DNA of 64,000 nucleotides from contig CAJXYI010000005.1 in the NCBI GenBank assembly GCA_913063435.1, positions 4,878-68,877 on the forward strand, written 5' to 3'. Position numbers and translations under genes: made by a program. The notes under the pieces were generated by a model. The model was given only the letters and a program-made list of their open reading frames with translations, searched no databases and was not told the DNA's origin. The DNA is from an uncultured Actinomycetales bacterium. GTDB lineage: Bacteria > Actinomycetota > Actinomycetes > S36-B12. The stretch's first letter is position 1. Each line of letters begins with the position of its first letter. Positions 15,924-24,771 of the stretch are shown piece after piece.

Positions 15924-16424
15924 CTACTCAGTCAGGGCAGCGGTGATCAGCGCGACGTATTCTTGGGTAGGTTCACCATCGGCGCGGGCCAGCACTTCAC
16001 CGTCTCGTGCCACCACCATCGCCACCACATCGGCAGAACTCGCGATCCCCAATGAGCGCTGGAATGCACCGACGTCGGTATAGACGGTGATCGTGCGGGC
16101 TAGCACTCGAGGCACCCTGATAGAGGTCGCCATCCCGCCGTCGATGAACCGTCGACCCAGGCGCCACTGCATGCCGATCACCGGGATCTCCACCACGCAT
16201 GAATCATCACCGGACTGCAGATCCATCGGCGAACCGGGCACCCCGGCGGTTTCGATCTGAGCGATCCAGCGATCCACGCAGCCCTGGTGCCATTGCCGGA
16301 AGGCGACTAGGCACAGCGTGCGCTGTGCAGGTAGCCCCATAGGCAGCGGAACGTCGACACCGTCGAGGGAGCGGCCGTCGACGCGGGGGAACAGCACCGT
16401 CACCCGCCCATGGTCACATATCAC
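15924..16424 (-). CDS. hypothetical protein
   Basis: 166-aa ORF with no motif I recognise. It fits the gap between flanking genes. Confidence 0.4.
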   Translation of the reverse strand: MICDHGRVTVLFPRVDGRSLDGVDVPLPMGLPAQRTLCLVAFRQWHQGCVDRWIAQIETAGVPGSPMDLQSGDDSCVVEIPVIGMQWRLGRRFIDGGMATSIRVPRVLARTITVYTDVGAFQRSLGIASSADVVAMVVARDGEVLARADGEPTQEYVALITAALTE

Positions 16425-16537
16425 CTGGAGTGATCCAGTGCCGAAGCGAGGAGTGGACGGTCATCGAAATACGACAAACTCGACCGGATAACCGCGGCGC
16501 GCTCGGGGAGAACAGGTCCGCTCGCGCGTTGGTGCTG

Positions 16538-17149
16538 TCAGTTACGCAGGGAGATGAGGACTCGTTGGATGAGTTTGCGCCACGCGTCGTAGTCCATCGT
16601 CTCCGGCATCACATCGTTGATGAGTTGGCCGAGAGTGAATGCCTGGATGAAGACCGCGAATGCTTCCGGATCGACGTCTTTTGCGAACCAGCCCTTGTTC
16701 TGGGCTTCGGTGAACAGATCCGCGAACGCACTCGTCAACCGGGCTTGCTCTGCGCCCAGCGCCTCACGCAGGTCGTCATGCTGGCGGGCCCGGGCCAGCA
16801 TCATCGCCCGTTCCGCGCGAGTATCAGCACGCTTCGGTGACTGCACCTGCTCGTTGACGTGATCGAGGGCCGCAAAGAACTGCTTGGCGGACTTCGACGA
16901 GGTCAGGATGTCGCCGAGCTGCTCGAGATCGGCATCGACCCCGCGGGAAAAACGGCGTACGAGCGCGGCGTTGATCAAGTCGTCGAAGTCGGTGAAGTGG
17001 TGGTACATCGAGCCCTTGGAGATGCCGGAGATCTCCAGAACTTCGTTGACGTTCAGTTGCTCGACATCGCGATCGTCGAGCATCGCTACGGCGGTATCGA
17101 TGAGCCGCTCACGAGTGGGATGGGCCGGATTGCGCATGAGATAGATCAT
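16538..17149 (-). CDS. TetR family transcriptional regulator
   Basis: The HTH is NVNEVLEISGISKGSMYHHF. The ATG at 17149 forms an ATGA overlap with the stop of the upstream FUSC gene. The 348-aa ORF-track version has a spurious Arg/Pro-rich N-terminal extension. Confidence 0.85.
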   Translation of the reverse strand: MIYLMRNPAHPTRERLIDTAVAMLDDRDVEQLNVNEVLEISGISKGSMYHHFTDFDDLINAALVRRFSRGVDADLEQLGDILTSSKSAKQFFAALDHVNEQVQSPKRADTRAERAMMLARARQHDDLREALGAEQARLTSAFADLFTEAQNKGWFAKDVDPEAFAVFIQAFTLGQLINDVMPETMDYDAWRKLIQRVLISLRN

Positions 17150-19233
17150 GTCACGACCACCCGGTCGGCGAGGGAATCCAGCAGCTCTAGCCAGTCCACA
17201 GCCCACACCGCGGTTGCTAGTGATGCTGCGATGCGGGCATCGGTCAGGTCGAGATGTTCGCTGGCCTGAGCGAGAGCGGCGTAGGGATCTCCCGGGGGCG
17301 GTGCCGGTGTTTGAGCGGGTGTCTCCTGGAGCCAGTCCACAACCCCCGCCCAGAGAGCGCCAGTCCGATCGACCTCTGCGCGCACCACACCTGCGTGGGC
17401 GGGTAGCAGCGGGGCGGTGACATCGGGCAGGGTGGCGATATAGATCCCGGTATACATCAACACGTGCATCGAACCGGCGATGCGCGGCCAGGTGCCCTTG
17501 ACCGCGTCGACGTCTCGGCGCTGCACCACGGTGAGGTCGAACGCCTCGGCCGCCCGTCGCACGATGGCCCGATCTGCGGCCCACGTCTGACGCAGTTGTG
17601 CTGATGTGGCCTCACCCAGCACCCTGCCCACCGCGAGGCGCAGATAGTCCACGCCCGCGGTGATCGCTGTGGCTAGGTCCTGACGCAGTGCTGCGACCAT
17701 GCGCGTGGGCCACATCAAGACGCTGATCACCGCGGCGGTCGCCACGCCCACGCCGATATCGAGCACCCGGTCGATCGCGGTGGCGTACTGCGGCGGCCAA
17801 CTCACCGCGGCCAGGAGGATGAGGACGAAACTGCTGAACGCAACCTGTCCGGCGGCGTATCCCCACGCCCGAGGTGCCCAGCCGACAAAGAAGGCCGCCA
17901 GCGGTGTCAACGCCCACAGCACATCGGGGTAGGCCGCCAACTGAGTAACGATGAGCAGACCGATACCCACGCCGAGCAAGGTGCCACCGACAGCGCGCAG
18001 AGCTTGTCTGCCTGTCGCCGCTGCATCGATGCGCAAGACGGAGATGACGCCGAGCAGCACCCAGTAGCCGTGCGTGATGTTGACGACGTTGACCAGGGCT
18101 GCAGCGAGCGCCAGGGCGATGCCGGTGCGCAGGGCATGACGAGTCCATGGAGATTGGAAAGACGCGTTGACCGCCAGATCGGTCCACCAGTGGCCCGGCG
18201 CAGTGACCGTCGCACCGATGCGACCGACACGTCTACCCAGAATCTGGGCCACGAGTAATGCGCCGTCCGCGGCGAAGGCGAGCAGAACCTGCGCACCATG
18301 CGATCGACGGGTGATCTGCACGGCCTGAGTGGTGGTCGGCGCCTCTTGAATGCGTGCGATGGCGCGTTCCCTGCTGCGGCGTCGCTCCTCCTGCGCGAAT
18401 GACAGGGGGAGTGGTTCGGAAATTCCCTGCAACGCATCGGCATTCGATCGCATGAGCGCGACTGCAGCCCGCGCACTCTGTGAGCGATCATCACCTGGAG
18501 CGGGGGTTGCGATTCCCGGGATCGAGTCATAGACGACCTTCATGCGTGCGGCGAGCAACACCAGAGCGTGATCGCTTTCGGCAGTGCCCGAAGGGCGGTA
18601 GGGGTTGCCGACCCAATCACGGGTCACCTTCGCCACGGTGTCGCGATACCGATCCAGGGCGAGCGCCTCGTCTCCATCTGCCAGCCATCGGGCAGCGACG
18701 TAATCCGCCTGCGCCCGCATCGCCTCGGCGAGGTCGTTGCGGAAAGCTTCGCGTGGGTCGCGCGGGAAGACCAGCAGCAGGACGAGGCTGGTCACTGCGG
18801 TTCCGATCCCCAGGCCGATGAGGACATCGAGCAGTTCAGCGAGTTGCACATCGGTGGTGACCGCGACCGCATACATCAACAGCACCGGAGCGGAACCGGC
18901 CGCGGGCAGGCCCCGCAGTGTCGGTAGGAACGACAGTGTCGTGCCGATGAGCAAGGTCACCAACACGACGGAGACCAGGTTCGCACCCGCCAGGATGCCG
19001 ATGACGACGGCGAGGGCGGCGAAGCCGGCGGTGGCGATCGGACCGAACAGGCGGATCTGCCACGGTCCGGAGAAGTCGCTCAGGCCGAGGATCGCGGTGG
19101 CGAGGAAGGTGCCATAGACCACGCCCTCGGGATCGTTGGCGACGCGGGAGACGAGATAGGCGATGGTGGGGACGGCGATGGCGATGCGGATACCCCGGCG
19201 AAGCGCCGATCGATTCGGGTCGATGAACCGCAC
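17146..19233 (-). CDS. FUSC / aromatic-acid-exporter family membrane protein
   Basis: 695 aa with two multi-helix membrane domains. HGYWVLLGVISVLRIDAAATGRQALRAVGGTLLGVGIG is typical of the FUSC family. Confidence 0.65.
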   Translation of the reverse strand: MRFIDPNRSALRRGIRIAIAVPTIAYLVSRVANDPEGVVYGTFLATAILGLSDFSGPWQIRLFGPIATAGFAALAVVIGILAGANLVSVVLVTLLIGTTLSFLPTLRGLPAAGSAPVLLMYAVAVTTDVQLAELLDVLIGLGIGTAVTSLVLLLVFPRDPREAFRNDLAEAMRAQADYVAARWLADGDEALALDRYRDTVAKVTRDWVGNPYRPSGTAESDHALVLLAARMKVVYDSIPGIATPAPGDDRSQSARAAVALMRSNADALQGISEPLPLSFAQEERRRSRERAIARIQEAPTTTQAVQITRRSHGAQVLLAFAADGALLVAQILGRRVGRIGATVTAPGHWWTDLAVNASFQSPWTRHALRTGIALALAAALVNVVNITHGYWVLLGVISVLRIDAAATGRQALRAVGGTLLGVGIGLLIVTQLAAYPDVLWALTPLAAFFVGWAPRAWGYAAGQVAFSSFVLILLAAVSWPPQYATAIDRVLDIGVGVATAAVISVLMWPTRMVAALRQDLATAITAGVDYLRLAVGRVLGEATSAQLRQTWAADRAIVRRAAEAFDLTVVQRRDVDAVKGTWPRIAGSMHVLMYTGIYIATLPDVTAPLLPAHAGVVRAEVDRTGALWAGVVDWLQETPAQTPAPPPGDPYAALAQASEHLDLTDARIAASLATAVWAVDWLELLDSLADRVVVT

Positions 19234-19276
19234 GGGATGACCCTAGGGCCCAGGCGGAGGCGATAACCTCGGGTCC

Positions 19277-19852
19277 GTGTTGTTGAGCGACCGTGACCTG
19301 AAGGCCGAGATCGCCGCTGGGCGGGTGGCCCTGGACCCCTTCGACCCCGGCATGGTGCAGCCGTCGAGTATCGATGTGCGCCTCGACCGCTATTTCCGGG
19401 TGTTCGAAAACCACCGCTACCCCCACATCGACCCGGCTGAGGAGCAGCCTGAGCTGACCAGGCTGGTCGAGGCTGATGAGGAGGCGTTCATCCTGCATCC
19501 GGGCGAATTCGTGCTGGCCTCCACCTACGAGGTCGTGACGCTGCCCGATGACATCGCGGGTCGGCTCGAGGGCAAGTCCTCCCTGGGCCGCCTCGGTCTG
19601 CTCACGCACTCCACCGCCGGCTTCATCGACCCGGGGTTCTCCGGTCACGTGACGTTGGAATTGAGCAATGTCGCAACGCTGCCGATCAAACTGTGGGCGG
19701 GGATGAAGATCGGGCAACTGTGCCTGTTCCGGTTGTCCTCGCCGGCGGAGCATCCCTATGGATCGCAGGTGTATGGCTCGCGCTATCAGGGCCAGCGCGG
19801 TCCGACTCCGAGCCGGTCGTTCGCGAATTTCCACCGCACCGACGTTCGCTGA
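19277..19852 (+). CDS. dcd: dCTP deaminase
   Basis: [35 protein letters not shown]...[30 protein letters not shown] is diagnostic of Dcd. Confidence 0.9.
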   Translation: MLLSDRDLKAEIAAGRVALDPFDPGMVQPSSIDVRLDRYFRVFENHRYPHIDPAEEQPELTRLVEADEEAFILHPGEFVLASTYEVVTLPDDIAGRLEGKSSLGRLGLLTHSTAGFIDPGFSGHVTLELSNVATLPIKLWAGMKIGQLCLFRLSSPAEHPYGSQVYGSRYQGQRGPTPSRSFANFHRTDVR

Positions 19853-19949
19853 GCCTGCGACCCACGCGGGAGCCCAAGTCGGGTTCCGCGATGAACCCCT
19901 GGATGGCGATTCCATGGACACGCTGCGCTGGTGGATCTAGGTTGATGCC

Positions 19950-20900
19950 GTGAGCGAAAGTCGAGACATCCTGATCACCACGGCCCATGGAATGTTCGGT
20001 AGCGCGATACTCCGGGCACTCGATGGACGAGCCGGTGTCCGCGTTCGAGCGATGGTGCACTCGCGCAGGGATGACGACGTCGATACCGACTCGATCACCT
20101 ATGTGACCGCCGATCTCGATGATCCGACGGAGTTACCCGCTGTGTGCGAAGGGGTCACCGACGTGTTTCTGGCGACTCCGATGGACGGGCGGATCGCTGC
20201 GCGGGAAATCGCCCTCATCGACGCGGTGCAGTCCACGAGCCCCGATGCGCGAATATTGGCGATCTCCGGTGCGGTGGATCACCAGGGTGACGCCCTGTCC
20301 ACCCAGCATCAGCAGGCACTCGACCACCTGAAGGCCAGCGGGTTGCGCTGGAGCCTGCTGAGCCCTAACTCCGTGATGGAGACATCGCTGCTTCCCTACG
20401 CTGGCACTATCGAGGATGACGCTGTCTTCGGGATGAGTGGTGAAGGGCGAATCGGGTTGGTCGCGCTCGCTGATGTCGCTGCAGTAGGAGCCGATGTGCT
20501 GTGCCGCGATGACACTGACGGACAGGAGTTCGTGTGCACGGGACCGGCTGCGGTGACGATGGGGCAGGTGTGTGAGGCGTTCTCCGAGGTGCTCGACCGG
20601 ACCATCCACTACTACGACCTCCCCGAAGCAGAACTCGCCAAGCTGCTGCTCGAGCATGGCGGATATTCCGATGCGCAGGCCCTCGATACGGAGGTCCTGT
20701 GTCACTTTCGCGCGTGGGCGCGCGGCGGCGCCGACGTGGTGACCGACACGGTCGAACAGGTCATCGGACGACCGGCACAGGATGTCCGCTCCTGGATCGA
20801 GGAGAACCGTGCGGCCTTCGATGCCAAGCCGGGCGTGAAGGGCCGGATGCTCGCGTGGCTGATGCATCTGCAGTACGGCAAATACGAGACTCGACGCTGA
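19950..20900 (+). CDS. NmrA-like NAD(P)-binding protein
   Basis: The N-terminal Rossmann-type segment is ILITTAHGMFGSAILRAL. Length and layout match NmrA/SDR atypical proteins. Confidence 0.65.
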   Translation: MSESRDILITTAHGMFGSAILRALDGRAGVRVRAMVHSRRDDDVDTDSITYVTADLDDPTELPAVCEGVTDVFLATPMDGRIAAREIALIDAVQSTSPDARILAISGAVDHQGDALSTQHQQALDHLKASGLRWSLLSPNSVMETSLLPYAGTIEDDAVFGMSGEGRIGLVALADVAAVGADVLCRDDTDGQEFVCTGPAAVTMGQVCEAFSEVLDRTIHYYDLPEAELAKLLLEHGGYSDAQALDTEVLCHFRAWARGGADVVTDTVEQVIGRPAQDVRSWIEENRAAFDAKPGVKGRMLAWLMHLQYGKYETRR

Positions 20901-20921
20901 TTCGCGGGGAGGACACGACGG

Positions 20922-21914
20922 TCACGCTGAGCGCTTCGGCAGATCTATGCGCGCGTTCTTGCGCCGATAGATCGGGGCGGCGATGGCCATGGCACCCAAA
21001 GACACCGCGACGCCGATGATCGTAGCCACGACGCGTTCATATCCCGTCTCCTCGACCGGTCGCCCGATGCTTTCGAGGATGACGACGGCGGGGGTGAGCA
21101 GCGTCGTGTAAACCGCATAGTGCCAGTGCTTCACCATGGCGAGAATGGCGAGGATCCCGAACCCGTATCCGAGTACTGCCAGGGTGGGGCCTTGGCCGAT
21201 GATTCGTGCCAGGCCATCCGCGACGATCAGTCCCGCGGCCGTGCCAAGGGCGCGATTCACGGCCTTGTGCCAGCCGTCTCGGACATAGGGCTGGATGACG
21301 ATGAATGGGGTCATGATCAGCCAGCCGCCGGTGTGGCCCCAATCGTTGAGCAAGGCGATCGTCGTGGTGATTCCGGCGGTGACGGCCAGCATCACGGTGT
21401 AGCCGATCGTACGACTCCAACTCTGCTGCACCGAGTAGACGGAGTTCCTGTGTGGTGGCAGGAATCGGATGCGCAGACCGGTCACGATCAAGGCGACGAC
21501 GATTCCGTAGACCAGGACGACGCCAGCGAATACCAGCGTTGAGTCCACCGGTGCTGACACGACGGACTCAGAGGCGATGAACGCGAGCGTGATCGGCGCC
21601 ACGATGAAGGAGCGGTTCCACCCCCAACGGGCGGTCATTCCCACACCGATAGCGACGGCTATGAGCGCGAGGATGCCAAGGACCGGAAGGCTCGTCCCTT
21701 CAGCGGCGAGCAGCGCGAGAACCGCGAAGGCTGCAGCCGTGATGAGCGATACCCGCAGATCGGTGGCGAGAGCGACGAAGGCGATACCCAATCCGCCCAG
21801 GCCGATCATGCTGCCGGCCGTGGCAGCACCGAGCGGCGAGAGGATCGCGCTGGGCACGATGATGACCGCCGACAGTGCCGCAACCAGAATCACGATCGGC
21901 CAGCGTGACGTCAT
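20922..21914 (-). CDS. FUSC-family membrane protein
   Basis: 330 aa and highly hydrophobic. Carries GGWLIMTPFIVIQPYVRDGWHKAVNRALGTAAGLIVA (FUSC_2-like). Confidence 0.6.
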   Translation of the reverse strand: MTSRWPIVILVAALSAVIIVPSAILSPLGAATAGSMIGLGGLGIAFVALATDLRVSLITAAAFAVLALLAAEGTSLPVLGILALIAVAIGVGMTARWGWNRSFIVAPITLAFIASESVVSAPVDSTLVFAGVVLVYGIVVALIVTGLRIRFLPPHRNSVYSVQQSWSRTIGYTVMLAVTAGITTTIALLNDWGHTGGWLIMTPFIVIQPYVRDGWHKAVNRALGTAAGLIVADGLARIIGQGPTLAVLGYGFGILAILAMVKHWHYAVYTTLLTPAVVILESIGRPVEETGYERVVATIIGVAVSLGAMAIAAPIYRRKNARIDLPKRSA

Positions 21915-21962
21915 CTGCGGAGGGTATCGGCCCCGTGGGTGTCAGTGCTTCGGTCGCATATG

Positions 21963-22056
21963 CCGGCCAAAGGGTCGCTATGCGAGCAAACGCTGGCTAA
22001 GCGGCGGCCGGTTGGCCAGCGTTTGCCTCAAGAACAGCCGGTTAGCCGGCGTTTGC
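21963..22056. repeat. REP-like interspersed repeat, copy B
   Basis: GCAAACGCTGGCTAAGCGGCGGCCGGTTGGCCAGCGTTTGCC...AGCCGGCGTTTGCGG. The units are the same as in copies A, C, D and E. It is intergenic, just 3' of the Fe-S reductase gene. Confidence 0.75.
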
Positions 22057-22064
22057 GGAGTGGG

Positions 22065-24308
22065 TTAGGCGGGGGTCTTGGCTTTCACGCCGTCGAGCAA
22101 CACGGTCGCCACGTCGACGACCTCCACGCCCTGCGCTTCGCCCTCCTGCTGGCGCATCGTCACACCGTCGTTGAGCATGACGTTGCAGAACGGGCAGGCC
22201 ACGGCGACCTTCGAGGCACCGGTGGCGATCGCCTCGTCGGCACGGTTGACGTTGACGCGGGTGCCGAGCTTCTCTTCCATCCACATGCGCGCACCACCGG
22301 CGCCGCAGCAGAACGACTCTGTGCCGTGTCGCGGCATTTCGACCAGGTCGACACCGGGGACGCCTGCCACCAGATCGCGCGGGGGGACATAGACGTTGTT
22401 GTGTCGGCCGAGATAGCACGGATCGTGATAGGTGATCTTCTCGCCTACTCCTGAATCCGGTGCGGTCACCGGGGTCAGACGGCCTTCCTTGACCAGCGTC
22501 GCGAGCAACTGCGAGTGGTGCACGACCTCGTAGTTGCCGCCGATCTGCGGGTATTCACGGCCGATGGTGTTCATGCAGTGCGGGCAGGTCACGACGATCT
22601 TCTTCGCGCCGATCTCGTTGAGTACCTCGACGTTCTGCATGCCCTGCATCTGGAACAAGAACTCATTGCCCGCGCGACGCGCTGGATCACCGGTGCAGGT
22701 CTCGCCTTCGCCGAGCACCATGAAGTTCACGCCAGCGATGGTCAGCAGCTCGGCAACGGCCTTGGTTGTGCGCTTCGCGCGATCCTCGAACGCACCGGCG
22801 CAGCCGACCCAGAACAGGTATTCGACGTCGTCGGGGATGGCGTCCTCGCCCTCCATGCCAAACACGCGAACGTCGAAATCAACCTCGGTGATCCAGTCGT
22901 TGCGGCTGGAGGCGTTCATGCCCCACGGGTTGCCCTTGTTCTCGATGTTCTTGAACAACCCACCCAGTTCAGTGGGGAAATCCGACTCGATCATCACCTG
23001 GTAGCGGCGCATATCGACGAAGTGGTCGATGTGCTCGATGTCGACCGGGCACTGGTGCACGCATGCACCGCACGTGGTGCACGACCACAGTGCGTCGGCG
23101 TCGATCACCGGGCCGTCCTGGGAACGATGACCGGCCGCGTCGTAGCCATCGGTCTCTTGATTCGTGACACCGTCACGTGATCCGACGAGTGGCCGCTCGA
23201 CCTCAGCCTGCACTCCTGCGGACATCGTGGCGAGAACAGTCTCGTCGACCTCACCCAGCGGTGGGTTCGCACCGCCGTTGGCCTTCTGCGCTGCCATCAC
23301 GTAGGGAGCCTTCGCGAAGGATGCTTCGCGCAGATTCATGATCATCAGCTTCGGGCTCAGCGGTTTGCCGGTGTTCCATGCGGGGCACTGCGACTGGCAT
23401 CGACCGCATTCGGTGCAGGTCGCGAAGTCGAGGGTGTCCTTCCAGGTGAAATCCTCGATGCGGCCGACGCCGAAGGTCGCGTCATCGGCGGGATCTTCGA
23501 AGTCGATCGGCTTGCCACCGGAATACATCGGCAGCAATGGGCCCAGACCGTTGGGGCGGCGAGAGAATGCGACGTTGATCGGTGCCATGAAGATGTGCAG
23601 GTGCTTGCTGTGCAAGACGATGAGCAGGAAGCCCAGGATCACGCCGATATGCAAGATGATGCCGATGGACTCGATCCACTTGAGTGCGGTGACCGACAGG
23701 CCGTTCATCCAGGAAGCAACCGTGTCGGTGAGGAACGCGCCGGTGTAGGGGGCGCCACCTTCGGCTTCATGCAGGGCGACCTTCGCACCGCGATAGAGCA
23801 GCAGGGTCCACAGCACGTTGAAGATCATCAGCAGCACGATCCACGCGGGGCCGAGGTGCGAACCGAAGAAGCGCGAGGAGCGACCGTCCTTGACCGGGTT
23901 GTTCGCCAGTCGGATGATCGCGAAGATCACGACGCCGACGAACACCAGGATGATGAACAGGTCGATGAGGAACAGCACCGGCGCCCAGGTGCCGATCACG
24001 GGGAACCAGAAGCCGGGAATGTAGACCTCGACGAATGCTTCGAGCACGGTGATGCCCAGCACGAGGAATCCCCAGAAGGCGAACACGTGCGCGACACCGG
24101 GTACGACCCACTGCAGCAGCTTCTTCTGGCCTAGGACCTCGGTGGCTTCCGCCTCGGCCCGGCGCCCGAACTGCCCGGTGCGGCCAACGGCCGGCTGACC
24201 GGAACGGACGAGGTTATTGAGGAACAGGCTCCGGCGGGCGGCGAAGGCCACCCCGGCCACAATGATGAGCGTCCCCAGGCCGATGCGCAGCCAATCCATG
24301 AACTCCAT
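22065..24308 (-). CDS. membrane-anchored Fe-S oxidoreductase (heterodisulfide-reductase-related, CCG domains)
   Basis: There are N-terminal TM helices and two 4Fe-4S motifs (CTECGRCQSQCP, CTTCGACVHQCP). C-terminal Cys-rich repeats are present (VTCPHC..., FCCGAGG, VACPFC). The likely start is MEFMDW at 24308. Confidence 0.8.
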   Translation of the reverse strand: MEFMDWLRIGLGTLIIVAGVAFAARRSLFLNNLVRSGQPAVGRTGQFGRRAEAEATEVLGQKKLLQWVVPGVAHVFAFWGFLVLGITVLEAFVEVYIPGFWFPVIGTWAPVLFLIDLFIILVFVGVVIFAIIRLANNPVKDGRSSRFFGSHLGPAWIVLLMIFNVLWTLLLYRGAKVALHEAEGGAPYTGAFLTDTVASWMNGLSVTALKWIESIGIILHIGVILGFLLIVLHSKHLHIFMAPINVAFSRRPNGLGPLLPMYSGGKPIDFEDPADDATFGVGRIEDFTWKDTLDFATCTECGRCQSQCPAWNTGKPLSPKLMIMNLREASFAKAPYVMAAQKANGGANPPLGEVDETVLATMSAGVQAEVERPLVGSRDGVTNQETDGYDAAGHRSQDGPVIDADALWSCTTCGACVHQCPVDIEHIDHFVDMRRYQVMIESDFPTELGGLFKNIENKGNPWGMNASSRNDWITEVDFDVRVFGMEGEDAIPDDVEYLFWVGCAGAFEDRAKRTTKAVAELLTIAGVNFMVLGEGETCTGDPARRAGNEFLFQMQGMQNVEVLNEIGAKKIVVTCPHCMNTIGREYPQIGGNYEVVHHSQLLATLVKEGRLTPVTAPDSGVGEKITYHDPCYLGRHNNVYVPPRDLVAGVPGVDLVEMPRHGTESFCCGAGGARMWMEEKLGTRVNVNRADEAIATGASKVAVACPFCNVMLNDGVTMRQQEGEAQGVEVVDVATVLLDGVKAKTPA

Positions 24309-24390
24309 GGGGCCAGGGTAGTGGTGCACCGGGTGAACGCCCGTTCGCGAAGCCCCCCTATGGCGCACGTCACACCCCTCCCCCGCAGAC

Positions 24391-24453
24391 CGTCTGAGTT
24401 ACCTGAGTGGTCGCTAACTCAATGAGTTAGCGACCACTCAGGTAACTCAGACG
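24391..24453. repeat. perfect palindrome, 30-bp arms and 3-nt loop (copy 2 of 2)
   Basis: CGTCTGAGTTACCTGAGTGGTCGCTAACTC, loop AAT, then the exact reverse complement. It differs from copy 1 at one arm position (A to G), with the matching T to C change in the other arm. Confidence 0.9.
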
Positions 24454-24500
24454 AGATGGGGGTGTGGATGTGGGAATGGCTGGGGAGGGGGCGGAGACAC

Positions 24501-24521
24501 TGTGAGTCGATTTGACTCATA
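24501..24521 (+). promoter_or_regulatory. HAIR-like HspR operator overlapping a putative dnaK promoter
   Basis: tGTGAGT-cgatttg-ACTCAta compared with the HAIR consensus CTTGAGT-N7-ACTCAAG: the inner 5+5 positions match at the correct spacing. TTGACT (24512-24517) and CATACT (24535-24540) are 17 nt apart. hspR is encoded in the same operon. Confidence 0.55.
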
Positions 24522-24625
24522 GTGTTTGACAGGGCATACTCAATGTATCCGCGTCGCACAGGCGCACATAGCCAGTAGACAATCAGAACGCAGCAGTTCC
24601 CGCCCCCTGCGGTCGGAACGAGTAA

Positions 24626-24760
24626 CCCAGGCCAGTACGACCCAGGCCAGTACGAGCCAGGCCAGTACGAGCCAGGCCAGTACGAGCCAGGCCAGTAAGA
24701 CCCAGACCAGTAAGACCCAGACCAGTAAGACCCAGACCAGTAAGACCCAGACCAGAAAGA
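24626..24760. repeat. tandem repeat, 9 x 15 bp, in the dnaK 5' leader
   Basis: Four or five copies of SCCAGGCCAGTACGA are followed by four copies of CCCAGACCAGTAAGA, the last one degenerate. The array ends 11 nt before the dnaK ATG. The last unit supplies the AAGAGG Shine-Dalgarno. Confidence 0.9.
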
Positions 24761-24771
24761 GGACATATCTG

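Noticed and set aside
16538-17584. 348-aa version of the TetR ORF
   Set aside because: The first ~145 residues are an Arg/Gly/Pro-rich read-through inside the upstream FUSC gene. The TetR HTH begins shortly after the ATG at 17149, which is coupled (ATGA) to the FUSC stop.
18836-19921. 361-aa minus-strand ORF
   Set aside because: It is antisense to dcd and to the start of the FUSC gene, both of which have clear homology-type motifs. Its composition is typical of a shadow ORF.
24626-24760. Possible CRISPR array
   Set aside because: The repeats are directly abutting 15-mers with no spacers, and there are no cas genes in the window.
24419-24766. 115-aa ORF encoding [10 protein letters not shown] repeats; also the N-terminal QASTS extension of the dnaK ORF (24526-24771)
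   Set aside because: Both are translations of the 15-bp tandem repeat, whose unit length is a multiple of 3. DnaK homology starts at [10 protein letters not shown] (24772) with its own Shine-Dalgarno.
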